Shown: positions 28,000-43,483, counted from the first letter of the stretch. The stretch is DNA of 64,000 nucleotides from Octopus vulgaris (GCA_951406725.2 OX597832.1:16058001-16122000), one strand, 5' to 3'. Made by a program: numbers and translations. Notes: generated by a model not told the origin, from the sequence alone.

Positions 28000-29300
28000 A
28001 ATCATAAAGTCTATTAGTGATGGCACCAAAATACAAGACTTTATCACTATTACCAGGCAGGGAAGAGGGAAGAAAAGGGAAGCGAAAGAAGAAGAGAAGA
28101 AAGGGAGAACATAAATGAAAAAGAGAAAGCCAATCCCAACGGTTTAGTAATAACCGCTATACTAAGAGAGAATTTAGAAGGATGAAAGATTAAAGAAGAT
28201 AGGGTTTTAGACTTGAAAGAAGGAGATGGGCCCTAAAACATGTCTTTGAAATCAATGAATAGGGATAGAGAAAGCTATAGCAATCAATAATGAAACAGAG
28301 TTTATTTGAAAATATATATAAAAAATATATCATAGAAAGAGATGTATAATGTAAAACATACAACCACTGGATAGATAATATAGTGGGTGAGTTAAGGGTA
28401 AAACTATAATATTAATAGCAAAACTATAATAGTATAACAATAAGAAATATTATTTATTAATAATAAAAGTAAATTAAAGGTAATTAGAAAGTACTTACTA
28501 CCTTATAAAGAAATGTATGAACATATAGAAAAATTTTACAATAGTATAAAATATAAAAAGAAATACAAAGATATTTTACAAAATTATGCAAAATAATACG
28601 GAAATATAAAAAGTGAAAATAAAAAAGAATAGAAATCTGAGGTAGTAATTACGGAAGTGTAAATATGCAGTGTCAAAAATAATATTAATAATTATAGCAA
28701 TAAATAATAAAACATATGTTTTTTGAAAAAATACCAAAAAATATATTGTAGAAAGGGGTGTATATTGTAAAACCGCTGGAACGATAAAGTACTGAGTGAG
28801 TTAAGTGTAAAACACTTGGTGCCTTAGTATAGATTATAAAATTTCGATACCGAGAGAGAATTATATGCAAGAGGAGATGTACATCTTTTGATCACAAATA
28901 TATTGCCAGATAAAATTAGGGGTAACAGATTTTAAGTCGTATTACAGTGATATTAGAGAAGTAAAATAATAGTATCTGTTATAAAGATTCATACTATAAA
29001 ACGGGTAAGAGCTGATAAACGTGGTCCTCATCCATCTTCTAATAGGAATGAATACAGGATTATTTAGTAAACCATAGTTACGACGAGACACTAAAGAGAT
29101 GAATAATAAATATAATAAATAAATTTCGTATTTTAGATTAATATATTGAAACAAAAAAATATTATAATTTGGTTCATATTATAAGTTATAAATCGTTAAA
29201 TCTCAGGAGAGGACATTGTTTTCCAGGCTCAGCCACCGAATGAACTAGTAGCAGAATTATTGAGTATGAATGTTCCCGGGGATTTTTAATTATTTTGAAT
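28000..29300 (-). mobile_element. Very decayed Naiad-like Penelope endonuclease region and 3' UTR
   Basis: Scattered KQCPL, TSL..LKS..FIW and IIYTK motifs in the same order as in 14585-15020. Confidence 0.3.
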
Positions 29301-31359
29301 AAATTTAAATGTTCTAGATTGTACAATGCGGGTGTTCATCTAAAGAAAACTATTTTCAATTTTTTTTATGAAGATATATAAAATACTCATTTAAAAATTA
29401 GAAGATTCTCTAGAAACATGCATAGTGAAAAGAACATATATTCCGTATTACCTAGAGCAGGTTTCACTCGTTTTATTCTAATTTTATACCATCATATATA
29501 TCATCATAGCATCATTGTGTATTACATCATATTATTTGGTTTAGCCTATTGTTAAAAATTGACGTGTTTTCTTTAAAATTCAATTTAATCCACGCAAATA
29601 TTTATGGATATGACATGAGTTTTTGAGCAACATCACAAAATTTCATCTTATACACTTCTTCACCTTCGGAAAATAAATAATTCGTTTAAATTTCAGCGCA
29701 GAATCTGTATTTTCTTGTAATGGCTTCGCAAAAGCAGTAATGAATACTGCATCTGCATTGATTACAGATCTGTAAAGTTGATTCTCACAGCTGTTGTAAG
29801 ACTCCTCTACCTTAAGTAAATTTTGCAGGATTTTAAAATCTTCTATCAGATATTTGCATGATTTTATACGATATAATATATAATGGTAGCCATATGTTTT
29901 AACAACGTAATTCAGTTCTGTATATACAAATATATAGAGAGAGACATAGACGTGAGTATACACACAAACGCCTGCGCAAACACGAATACATACACAGATA
30001 CACGTGTATATGTATGTGGATATATACATACTGTCATGTGTAAATATACACTCACACACATACACACACACAGACACATAAATATGAGTGATTGCTGAAA
30101 TGTTCCTAACTTTAATTAGAATAAAATTCAAGAGTTTCAGTTAATTGTGATTTTACTCAAAATAGTATTACCCACTCAAATTCACACATTTATTGCAGTG
30201 GTCTTCTTTATTTTCTAAGAACTGTAATGAAACTAGAAATATAGGGCTTCCAAATAGCCTTTCCGAAATACCCTTAAATACAAGAAATCTTCAGTTCTAC
30301 CCTACCCCGTATACATAGATACATACACACATTCAAGCATACATATTTGTGCATATGCTTGTGTGTGGTTTGGCGTGTACGTGTTTGTGGATGTATGTAT
30401 CTAAGTTCAGGTGTTTGAACAACTTACTCTAAACTTTTATGCTACAGTTGGAAATGCCTTGAATTTCAGAAACTGCCTCATACAATTTACGATTTATTCG
30501 TAATCCATAAGAAAGCTTGGATAGCCGTATCAGCAGATTTTCGGCAACAGGTGATTACATTGTGATTATTCAATGACTAAATTGGCTTTCTAATATTATA
30601 AGCCAATTTCAAACCAGCAATCTATCAATTACAGTGTGGAGTACTTAAAATCGCTGAAGTAATACCAAAGACATACAACCCAGTTGTGAAATGTATCCAG
30701 CTGTATATATTCCCTCAAGCGAGCTTTCCTTTCATAAATATCTTTATATGTACATCCCTAAATAATTTATCTATATGTACGTGGTACGCACTAGCACATA
30801 GACACACACACGCACACACATACACACCTTCGCATCCTTAGTAGTCGCATCAATTAAATACGTATCGAAGGTATAAGTTGAATAATGACTAATCCTCAAA
30901 TTATTCGTGGTAGATTCATATAGTTACTTCCATTGATCTCATCTTTATCTTCATTTTAAGACATTTATCTCCAAAATATATTTACATTTGTTTTTACATA
31001 ATGTAGTCTTAAATTAAACGCATCGCATACTTGTTTGAGTTTAGTGATTTGTTTTCAAAATATTTTTGCTACTTTCTTTTATTTGCCAATCCACACAGTG
31101 TGTCATTTCATTCCTCATAATTATAGTTCTATCTACATATAAATTAATGATCAAGCGAAATGCCGACGCTATAGTTTTAGAAATATTTTAACAATTCGAA
31201 TGAAGTAAAAGGAATCCTTCGATTAATAGGTATTAGAGCTACCATCTACCTAAATTACAGCTAATATAAAACGCATTAATGATCAAATAAATCTAGCATA
31301 GCAGATTTCAAAATGCATTTGTATAGAAATACTTGTTTCTTGTGTAAACTACGTATATT

Positions 31360-31520
31360 ACGGAGATGTACTTGCATAGCAAGGTATGTCAACTGAGATC
31401 ATGTGCTGAAACGAAAACAATTGCAGCGTGGAAAGTGTTTGACAAATTAAACTTAAATCTTGAAGTGAATCGAACGGCTTTTGTGTTTCTTAAATGACTT
31501 ACAAACACCTTCCACTATGT
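31360..31520. mobile_element. Short interspersed repeat with internal inverted segment (MITE-like or fold-back fragment)
   Basis: gtggaaagtgtttg ... caaacaccttccac inverted pair; resembles a recalled octopus repeat. Confidence 0.35.
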
Positions 31521-32254
31521 ATATTGTAATACACTTGGTGAATAAATACTCAATTCGTTCGAAAAAAATGTATATACATTTTGTGAAAAAATTACGTTTG
31601 TTAGGGAAAATTCAGTATGTTGCGTAGAGATCAATGTGTAATATTAGAAGGTTAATCCCATAGACACTAGTTCTATCAATGTCATGTTAAAAGGCTCAAA
31701 ATACTCGATTGCTGATGTATGTGCTTATGCTAAAGTTTCGGGGACATGAGTAAGTTTTGTTGCTAAGTGGTATTTCGTTATGCAGCCATAATATAATATA
31801 GAATATGCTATATGTTTTAATAAGTATAGATCACGTTCTACTGCGTCAGCAGCGCGTTTTACATTATTTTGTTAAGGCTATTTCTACAGATATGCTATAT
31901 ATATGTTATAGCCTGCATTGTTTTTTGACGTGAGATGTAAATATTTATTCTTCTTTATAGTATATTATGTTTGCATAACGAAATACCACGTACCAACAAC
32001 ACATTAGGCTTTACGTACCAGTCCCAGGCATGCGTTTAATATGTAAATTCGTATATCTAATAACTTAACATCACTGTATGCGGGGGATATATAATTAATG
32101 TGTTCGGAGTTGATGAATGGGCAAAAGATCTCCAAAATACGGCACATACACTCACTACCCGTTTCTGTCTTCAATCTCATTGTATGATTACACCTGACAT
32201 CTCGATACGAAATGTTGTAGCAAAAACCGATTTTGACTGTAATATCTATAGAAT

Positions 32255-32839
32255 CTTGTCTACTCTAGGCACGAGGCACGAAATTTTGGGAGAGGGGCCC
32301 AGTGCATCAGATTGACCTCCCAGTGCCCAACTGGCACTTAATTTATCGGCCCCCGAAAGGATGAAAGGCAAAGTCAACCTCGATAGAATTTGAACTCGGG
32401 ACATAAAGACATACGATATACCTATTTTTTTACTACCTACAAGAGGCTAAACACAGAGTGGACAAACAAGGCCAGACAAACGGATTAAGTCGATTATATC
32501 GACCCCAGTGCGTAACTGGTACTTAAATTATCGACCCCGAAAGGATGAAAGGCAAAGTCGACCTCGGCGGAATTTAAACTCAGAACGTGACGACAGGCGA
32601 TGTACCTGTTTCTTTATTACTCACAAGGGGCTAAACACAGAGTGGACAAACAAGGACAGACAAACGGAGTAAGTGGAATATGTCGACCCCAGTGCGTAAC
32701 TGGTATTTATTTAATCGACCCCGGAAGGATGAAAGGCAAAGTCAAACTCGACGGAATTTGAACTCAGAACGTAGCGGCAGACCATATACCGCTAAGCATT
32801 TCGCCCGGCGTGCTAACGTTTTTGCCAGCTCGCCGCCTT
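32255..32839 (-). mobile_element. Trimeric Meta-domain-like SINE (one head, three bodies)
   Basis: Head aaggcggcgagctggc...; two 184-bp units at 32607-32790 and 32423-32606, then a unit with a different, older tail. Confidence 0.88.
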
Positions 32840-33760
32840 CTAATCTCTCTGTCATATCTTGAAATAAGCGTGATCCGTTAGAGGGTTTTGAAGTATGTTT
32901 CCGCGTTTAAGCGAAAACAAAAGTAGGGAGAATAATTTTGAATTACTGATGTGTATTTTACTTTTAATGGTTGATAAGAATTACATTAAATTATACTTAG
33001 ACTCTGTAATCTACGTATTGATGTTTGATGTATTTTTCAACAAAGAGTGTGAAATTAAGCATGTCGATGGAAAGCGAAATGTATAAGAAGACATGAGAAA
33101 ATGGTTTTCAGCCTTTCAAATGCCCGCTTCATATTTATAAATATAAACATATCTCGAAGACAATTATGGTTTCATATACTTCAAATTAGTATACACAAAA
33201 GCATACGTAGAAACACATATGTTTACGTGTATGTATGTGTCAATCTATCTATATGTTTATCTATCTGTCTATTTATATATCTATCGATCTATCTATACAC
33301 GCACACACTCATACACATACACACACATATGTCTTTGTTTGTTTTTGTATATATGAAGATGCAGTATCAGATATAGAGCGTAAGAAGAGATGAAATACAT
33401 ATAATCTTAGATACATATAAATGGTTTTATCTGCGTAGGTGTGTGTGGTCACACAAGTCTATGCGTGTAGGGAGATATTATAATGGGGAAACGGATACAT
33501 TCTTGGTGTACTCAACGGCAATATTTCTCCATCACCAAAAGTGATTTTATTAAAGACTGTATCATAAAATTGAAATGCGATAAATATGATTAAGTTTGTT
33601 TTGGGGCAATTTATTCTTATCAAAATTGTTCTCACAAAAGATTTTCTCTAATCATAAAAAGTATTACTGTCCTTATTTATTTTATTATCATTAACATCAT
33701 CTTCATCATAAGGTGTTATCCTTTCTATTTGAATTTTGCTTTACTTCTTATTGTGCAGCC

Positions 33761-33831
<71 letters not shown>

Positions 33832-33836
33832 TAATA

Positions 33837-33909
<73 letters not shown>

Positions 33910-33946
33910 TAATAATAATAATGATAATGATAATAATAATAAAAAT

Positions 33947-34013
<67 letters not shown>

Positions 34014-34190
34014 TGAATAATAATAATAGTAATGGTGACGATGATGATGATGATGACGATAATAATAATAATAATAACAATGGTATCAGGAACAACAATA
34101 ATAATAACTACAATATTACTAATACCATTACTATCAAAGGCGACTACGACGACGACGATGATGGTGATGATAACGAAAACAACAAGAACA
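33761..34190. repeat. (AAT)n/(GAT)n microsatellite
   Basis: Visible; explains the poly-N and poly-I ORFs. Confidence 0.95.
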
Positions 34191-35063
34191 AATTCTCATC
34201 TGTTAATGATATGAGTGATATTGCTATCAAAAATGGGGGAAATAGAATCCTGCAGTTATTTTATTCTAGAGGATATTTTGCTGAATTTGAAGCAATATTA
34301 ATCTATTCATTATCTATTTTCAATTTACCTCTTGTAGATATTTTTTTTCTTATTTTACTTTCCGATATATTCATATTTTCTTAATGTATTTATTTTTCAT
34401 CTTTTGTATATGATCTTCTGTATATTATTATTGCCTATACTAATAACATTCACATAGTTTTTAAACTCTTGCATATGGCAAAATCATGAAACCGGGACTT
34501 GGGAGATTATTACCGTATTCACTAAAATCACTTTTACGATATGTGTTCTAAACTCGCAAAGATCGGACATATTTGACTTTCATAATACCGATAAAATAGT
34601 TTCACGTTTAAGTACTAAACTTCTTTCATGTGAATAGTTTTCCTTTATAAAAGATATTACACTGTATTCATAATTAGAGATGGACTGGACTGAGGGAGAG
34701 AATCTCTGAAGGAATTCCAAAATAACTTTAATTATGTTTTTCGCTCTCACTTTTCAGATGTTGAATTTCTATTTCATGTAATGAAATCGCGTTAATCGGA
34801 AAAGGGTTTTCTAAACTACTGTACTCAGAGTAGACTTTGAGTAGATTCAGTCTGCTCTACAGGGTATATTTACGACTACGTTATACAATGTACACTTTAG
34901 TTTTCATGAAAGAAATCTGTGCTTTATGGAAGACACGCCTAGCATTTAAACGTGACTATTGATGAGTTGTTACGCTAGAAAAATGGTCCGCAGGATTCAG
35001 TAACAGGCATGATAAATAATTTATATGTAAAACTAGATTTGGCTTTAATATTAGAATACTTAT

Positions 35064-35587
35064 AAGGCGGATAGCTGGCAGAATCGTTAGCACGACGGAC
35101 AAAATGCTTAACGGCACCTTGTGATTTCAAATTCTACCGTGGTCGACAATGACTTTGATAATTTCGGAGTCGATAGAATATGTAACAGTTGAGCACAGGC
35201 AAAGTTGAAACCGATTACGTACCTCTCAGTAAATAGTGGTCGTGTGCCAACATTTGAAATAAACATTTAACGGCAGGTAGAATCATGAGCACGTTGGCCA
35301 AAATTCTTAGCTGCGTATACCTCCGTATTTATGTTCTGCTTTCAGATTCCGTCCTAGTCGACTTTGCCTTTTATCCGTTAGGATCAAAAACAGCATAGGT
35401 AACTGCTGAGCACTGTAGACCAGGTAAATGATTTATCCCTCCGCCGAAATTACAGGCTTTGTTCCAAAATTCGAAACATTAGAATATTTAATGGGGGCTA
35501 GCAGGCAGAATTTTTACCGCACCATGCAAGATACATTTCTGTATTACTAACACCAAGATTCTGAGTTCGATTCCAGGCATTGACTTT
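35064..35587 (+). mobile_element. Three old head-to-tail Meta-domain-like SINE copies
   Basis: Heads at about 35064, 35268 and 35490; degenerate gtcgactttgccttttatcc block; old-type tail ccctc..aaat..ggc..gtgccaa. Confidence 0.7.
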
Positions 35588-35589
35588 AA

Positions 35590-35651
<62 letters not shown>

Positions 35652-35699
35652 GTAATGATGGTGATGATGATGATAATAATAATAATAATAATAACAATG

Positions 35700-35885
35700 A
35701 CATCGAAAAATACCTTAGGAACGAGAACCCGGGTTCGATATTCCCCTCATACACATGATGATGGCTGCAGGGTATATCAGCCGAAGCGTTCTGTTAACAA
35801 CAAAGAAGATGCGGACACATCTCCATCAAATGTGAATAAAGTAAATAATGAGCATAACTCCTCATTTCTTAAATATAGAACTGTA
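35700..35885 (+). mobile_element. Penelope-like 3' terminal fragment with decayed hammerhead motif
   Basis: acac aTGATGA t ggctg(cagggtatat)cagcc GAAg cg TT ctgt at 35751-35794; lies between (AAT)n and (TA)n. Confidence 0.6.
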
Positions 35886-35894
35886 AGTTTTATC

Positions 35895-36061
<167 letters not shown>

Positions 36062-36303
36062 AGAAAGTTAGAGGTTGTGAATCCAACCAACAAAGGGATA
36101 CTATCTATCGAATCTCCTGCTGGACGAGTACGCAATTATTTAATATATTTTGTATGTAAAGCATAATATGTTATACATGTATTTATATTCTTGTAATTGC
36201 CATTTTAGTAAATACATATGTTGATATAATACAATGTTGATGAACCACTTATTAATCCCTTTCAATTTCTTATTGCTCTCTCTCTCCCTCTCTCTCTCTC
36301 TCA

Positions 36304-36354
<51 letters not shown>

Positions 36355-36500
36355 AATACATACACGCGCGCGCACACACACAGACACACCCACGCACACA
36401 CACATATATATATAGCAAGAAATAAAAAGACGTTGTTCCGGGTACTGTCTCACTGCTTATGATTGGACATCCTGCAGGGAAAATCGGCCACCCTGTAGTT

Positions 36501-36630
<130 letters not shown>

Positions 36631-38459
36631 GTATAAACAATTGAGTTTATTAAACAACTGTAGCACGAATGTAGTTCTCAGATCATTGAATTTCAGGTTG
36701 CGTAAAGCCTGATGAATGTGTACGTTTGAGGTCGATTTATTTCTCAGTGTATAAATTGTTTTATATATTGTAAGGCAATACTTTCATGAAAAATTATAAT
36801 ACACTTATACTGTAGCGGTTAGAGTAGAGGATGATCGAAATATACCAACTGAAATATATTTACTGTATTATTTTGGTTGATAACGTATTTTACGTCTATA
36901 AAATTATTTCTGCTGATGGAAAGAGTATTTCTGTCTGGTAACTAACATTTCTCTCCAATTATATTCATTCAAGATTATCTGGAATAATAACGTCTCGCAG
37001 ATTTTAATAAATAATATATGTACTCAGACGCATCAATCATTCTTCTGACAAATACTTACTGCATATTTACATCTCTGGGTGCGAATATATGAGAGTCTAA
37101 ATTGTTGTGCATCTATATTTGTAAAACTATATTCATCTGTATGTGTATAACGAGTGTAATCTCTGTCTTCCTGTATTCTATGTACGTTCATCGAGATATT
37201 GTTTTCTCTTACACTGAAACATTCTCAGTGTACAAATTGTCTTTATTATATTTCATTAACCAATAAAGGGAAATTGAAATGATATACATAATTTTATTTT
37301 TTCATTTCTCTGAAATTTTATTTTGAGCGTATTATGCGAAATCGATTTTCCAGGTATTCATTAAAAGTACGATAAATGTAGACATTGTTTTTTCATGAGT
37401 AATAATAATTTTCCATTCGGGTAGACACCTGGATGTATGCTACTTAAAGTCAGTTCGCAGTATTCAGCTATCTGATGTCAACAACATTATTAGGGGGTGT
37501 GCCAATGGATTTACGACAGAAATTCCATCGTGTCCGTAGCGCTTATAGAATAAAATATAAAGAAAATAGGATTGAGACACATTGCTATTCACTACTATAG
37601 GTGGGTCAAAACAATCGTAATGAATACTAAAAAATCAGTTACATTTTCCTCCTTCCAAATTTGATATACGTACTCATTCGTGTGTGCGTGTTTGTGTTTT
37701 CGCGTGCGTGCTATTGTGTGTGTGTGCGTCTGTGTACATATAATATCATCATGCATATGTAGAAATCACATGTGTAACTCTGATGGAAGAGAACCACTCA
37801 AAAGAATCTGGACATACGTGACATCCACCAATCATATGTACATTGATCTCTCACAAATTTGAATAAACCATGCAACCATTGTGGAATTAAGCGAATATTT
37901 TGATACGTGGAGAAGCATGTCACAATTCCATACGCACTTGCCTCAAAGGGTATGCGTTAATTCAAGACTATGTATAATTGCATTCGTCCCAAATGCCAGG
38001 CAATGATTATTTCTTACAACCCGACAGATTCATATACGTTCTTATTTGCAGCTTAAATAAATCTATCTACATTTCTTTTGTGTAATACTCAATAAAAAAA
38101 AGAGATCCAGTTGTTTATCTGATTGTTATCAATAGTGATTGCAGCAGGTCTTAACGTCAGGTAATTTTTCGTTTTTATCCGCCTCACTTCTACGTTGCAC
38201 TAGTCAATGTACAATACATGTTGCCATTACTGTAAAAAGTACCAATAGTAGCTTTATAAAAACTTTATCTATTCGTCGCCACGTTCAACATGGCCATCAA
38301 TATCATTATCATCTATACCGTTGCCACTATCATGAAAACGATCATTTATTGGTATCGATTGTATCTAGTTACCTCAACAATTAAAATTGCAGAACTTGTG
38401 TCGAAACGTGCAAAAATTGCGCTTCGCATCACTATTACTAGCGGTTAGCATTAATCGCA

Positions 38460-38511
<52 letters not shown>

Positions 38512-39625
38512 TTTATGGATGCTAGTTACGTGAAAGAAGTAAGTGTTGGGTGAAAGTAATCCAATATGCTGTACGTGCGACGAGCTTCTCTTCGAGATCT
38601 TGACCAACACACATAAATTGAAACGCAAACAAGCGCATATAAACATATAAATCAACTAAAACGACAAGAGAATAGAGAAACGCAATCCAGACATATATTA
38701 AAAAAGAGCGTAATATTTCTCATGAAATACTACCATCATTTAAAACAACAGAATTATTTTCAAATATTCCACGATATTCCTTTTCACTAGGAAACAGGAT
38801 ATTTTCCATCTCCGTGCAATTATTTCAGACTGATTGATTGTCGCCTCAAAATTAATACATTGCGAGTATTTTTTGTATTCAGTGTCTCAAGGTTTTTAAT
38901 AGATGTTTTATTTATTATTTTTTTTTTACTTTTCTTGCTGAAACGCATGAAAAAAATTAAGTTGTACCTTATATTTCATTTCTTCTTCTTCCGCATTCTT
39001 ATGGTCTGCAATGTGACATAAGTAGGTTACGCAAGAAGCAAATCAGCTGCTATTTATTTTTACAAATATCATGAACGCCTTCACAGACATGTGCATACAA
39101 GCACCAATCGCACACAGAGACATATACAAAATATTTTTTATTATACTTGTGATCGTGCGTGAATGCTCGCGTGCGTAGGTTGTAAGTAGGTTTGTAATGT
39201 CTGCTTCCAGAAATATGATACCAAAAAAAAAAAAAAAAGAAAATCACTTAAACTTCCATTCGAAAGATTCTATAATTTTACTGACGGTAATAAATAAACA
39301 CATACATATACACCATCCACCAACACTCACAACACTACGACATATGCACACATAGAAAAAAAACGCTCATACAAATGCCAAAACGCTCACGCCGTTTTTT
39401 TTTTTATTTCTATTATATGCATGTAAAATAATATATGTAAGCGAAATAAATATCCCTTTAGACGTTATGCTTTATAGAGTTCGTACAGATGTAGCTCATG
39501 AAGTATATATCTCGCACTAATACTACATGTATGTGAAGTACACTGGAAATATAGTTTACATACATTTTATACAACTAACCAGTAGATGAATGACATGTCT
39601 ACGTGCATCTGAATACAGACACACA

Positions 39626-39682
<57 letters not shown>

Positions 39683-39770
39683 GTATGCATATGTGTATAT
39701 ATTTATGCGTGTGTGTGTGTGTGTGTTTGTGTGTGTATGTGTGTGTATTTGCATGCGTGTTGTATGTATG

Positions 39771-39802
<32 letters not shown>

Positions 39803-40079
39803 AATATACATATTGCAGATCTATGCATGTATATATGCTGTACTTTAATACAAATTAAATGGATAACGTTTCCTAGAAGAGTGATTTTCATGCTAAAATC
39901 CATGCATTTTCCCTTACCAAAAATCTAATCCAAGAGATCTTCACAAAAATGATGAAATAGAGGTCAGTTCACTGCCGCAGAAAGGAAGAAAATAAGAGCG
40001 AAGCATTAAACTTTAATAATTACTCTTTGCTATTGCCTGCATATGTGTATTTTTAATACACGGCAGCCCGTTGAAATCA

Positions 40080-40440
40080 TTCGCAGTTGGGTGAAGGTCA
40101 TGTTCAGAGAAAATTTTACAGAGGATGATATGACTGAGGAGCTTGGAAGGAAGTTGCTTAAAGCGCTTTCCTGTATATTAAATAGCATTCTTCCAATTAT
40201 CAATTACCGTGCGTTATATTCTTGTGACATCTGGAGCATACTATCGAAGAATAGAACATTTAATATAAATAGGATTTGATAAGGCGTGTCTCCTCCATAT
40301 TTCATGGACACGAGTTTGATGATCAGATGATTTCAAACAAGACATCACGTGCATAAATAAAATGAGGATCGCAGTCCCCCAAAACTTTGATGCAAGATAG
40401 ATAAAGTGAGAGGCAAGCCATGTATCAGATGTTTCCTATA
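40080..40440 (+). mobile_element. Decayed RTE-type LINE RT/thumb remnant
   Basis: ALYSCDIWSI (cf. LLYGCETWTL), followed by FDKACLLHI..DQMISN (cf. FxxxCLRxI..WxDxISN). Confidence 0.55.
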
Positions 40441-41269
40441 AACAATGTAAAATGAGTATCGAACAGAGTAACTAATTTTGTACTTCACTACAACACTTCT
40501 GGGGCTTATTTATCATCAGTATTGCATTTTAGCCGGAAATAACTTAATGCATTAATAGCCATAATGGACATATATGAAATAAACGACGCTATTATTCAAA
40601 ATTTACTATATATCATAGATAAAACTATACTAAATCAGAGATTTCTTAATTGTTTAATAGATATTATGAAGCCAGTGCAAAACGCCGTCGTGCAAATATA
40701 AATCTAGACCATTATGCAAGGAAATGAAATAGCAATAAATATATATATATATATATTTTTTTGTAAATAAATACTAATAGATACTTAAGAAACAAAAGCT
40801 AAACAAATATAGTTATAAAACAATATCAATAATTGTAATGCTATTAAGTTGTTTATGCATCTCCCATTTGTTATTGTGTTTAATTATTTTGTTCATTATC
40901 TATAACAGAGATAATTGTGTTTAACTTATTGTTCACAGCATATCTCCATGTTTGTAAAAGTAATTTCATCGCATTTAATTGTTTTATTGATAAATGTTTG
41001 CATTCAAGCATAGGTGCACTTTTGTTTAAAACAAATTGATGGGATGAGGTGAATAAAGTGATTGTTAGTCGATTAAAAGAAACAAAAATTACAGTAAAGC
41101 TAACACAAGAACTGTAATGAAGAACGCAAATTGACGTTAACAAATACATTTAATTTTACATAACACTGTATGAGTAAAAATATATGTGTGTTTGCGTTTG
41201 TCTGTGGGAGTGTGTTTGTGTGTTTATACATACATATATATATATATATGTGTGTGTGTGTGTTTATAC

Positions 41270-41319
<50 letters not shown>

Positions 41320-42189
41320 ACATGCATATATGAATATATATGTATATATGTATATATATCTATATAGTTATGTATATATGTATATATATATATATATATA
41401 AACATATATATATATATAAATATATATATATATGAATATTATGCGTATTCTATCTATCTATCTATCTATCTATCTATATCTATATCTCTGTCTCTCTCTG
41501 TCTCTGTCTCTCTATGTCTCTCTCTCTATATATAAATATATTTATAAACATTATATTGTTATTTATGCTTGTGATATCGTGATCTATATCAATGTATATG
41601 ACTTAACAAATCAAACTTAATATATCTATTAGAACGATCATGAACATTACTTAAAAAATTTTGTGAAAGCAATTAGTGAAAGAGTTATTTTTTATGCCTT
41701 GCTTTATTTTATGCAACATTGTTCCATTTCCATTCAAATAGGAAATCTACGCATCACTGAAATTTTAGTATTTAAAGAGCAGACAATAGTATAATTACTG
41801 TATTACTAAGGGAAATGTCCTCTATAGTGATTTCATTTATTTTTTGTATATTTCTACTCTTGATATATTGTTATTGCTTTAGGCATCATGGTATAAATTA
41901 TTTAAGTAATTTTTTTAACGTTTAACTGAAAATAATTCGCTATTATACAATATTGAAACAAATTGAATTTTAGTCAAACAAAAATTACAAAAGCATTATT
42001 TTATATTCACATTTTATAGACGTCTATCTCAAATTTGCATTTATGTGTGATTACGAAGGTTGGTCAGATATAGCTAACAGCAACCTAGATAATCGAAACA
42101 CTTTAATATATCTTCATCTGACTTTCTCTGCCTGTCTAAACATTTACACATACACACACACACACACACAAACACACATATACTCACGC

Positions 42190-42253
<64 letters not shown>

Positions 42254-43483
42254 GTGTGTGTATGTGTGTGTATTTATAAATCCGAGAACTTTAGACCGCA
42301 TCTACACAATATGACATAAAATAATCTCATAGCTAAGTTTACTTTATTTCATTAGAAATCTATATTCACTGCAAGTGAGAAATGTTCGAGCAATATAATA
42401 TAACGTGTAATGCGTTTAAATGCTGTAAAATATAAATAACTTCTACCCCAAGCTGATATTCAACAGTTAATCTTGCACAGAGAATATATCCACATATATC
42501 ATACAAGGATCTTAGATAATAGTATACTATCTCACGGTTGAATAATATATGATTCAAGTAAATTTAATATTCGAAAGTTTTAAGATATAGAATCTGTGAA
42601 GATTTTACACATATCCAATCGTTGCTGTTCAAATACAAATCTCAAATATCTTCGTCAGTTTGAAGCGATGCGATAAAATAATTTACGCAAATATACAAAG
42701 GTATTCTTTCGTGAAAAATAATCGAAATGATGTGAAGTATGGCAACTGAATAAGATCGGGCTGTACCAGCAGTGTTAGATACGTCTAGAAATGTAACTGA
42801 AAGTGAAAATCTCTTAGTTGTTTGGGTCAAAGTGAGTAATTACTTATTAATTATCGTCTCGATATTGTAAATGAATATTTGGACAACACACTTATATACA
42901 TCTAGTTTAAATATAGTACCCACTTACAATCCTTTTGGTGTGTTATCATATGTATACATGTGACTCTTCTAGTGTATAGTTCGACTGCTTCGACACCCAT
43001 CTCAAAGTTGATTTTATATAATGAGATTTCACATTAAAAAATGTTTTGCTATTGTGATGTGAGTTTGATTTCAGTAAATTCACATCTTGTCGCTTCTTCA
43101 GAATTTAAAAATGTCTGGATAAATATGCGAAAACCAAATTTTGCTTCCCCTCTAATATATAAAACATTGGTTTGTTGTCAGTTTCTGAAATTTTCCTTGC
43201 GAGACTTGTTTGAAATCATTCCTCACATTTCGTGTAGAGAGTTTAAGCTCTATTATTTATTATGATATAAACTTAAATTCCGCAATAGCGAAGTTCAAAA
43301 CACATCTTCAATTTCCAAAGAAATTATAGGAGATAGATAACTCTACGCAAGATTTACATATTTATTGCCTTACCGATTCATGGAGCCTTTTTATAAAGGA
43401 TTCCAAATATATTTATAGAAGCGTCACCTTATTTTTTCGTTCTGTTAACTTGATCTTATAGTTTTTGATAAAAGTTGGCTGCC

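Noticed and set aside
32255-32839. Regularly spaced repeats suggestive of a CRISPR array or satellite
   Set aside because: Units are 184-bp SINE bodies without unique spacers; eukaryotic context and no cas genes
36484-36497. ggccaccctgta, a possible Tc1/mariner terminal inverted repeat end
   Set aside because: No matching partner end or transposase found nearby
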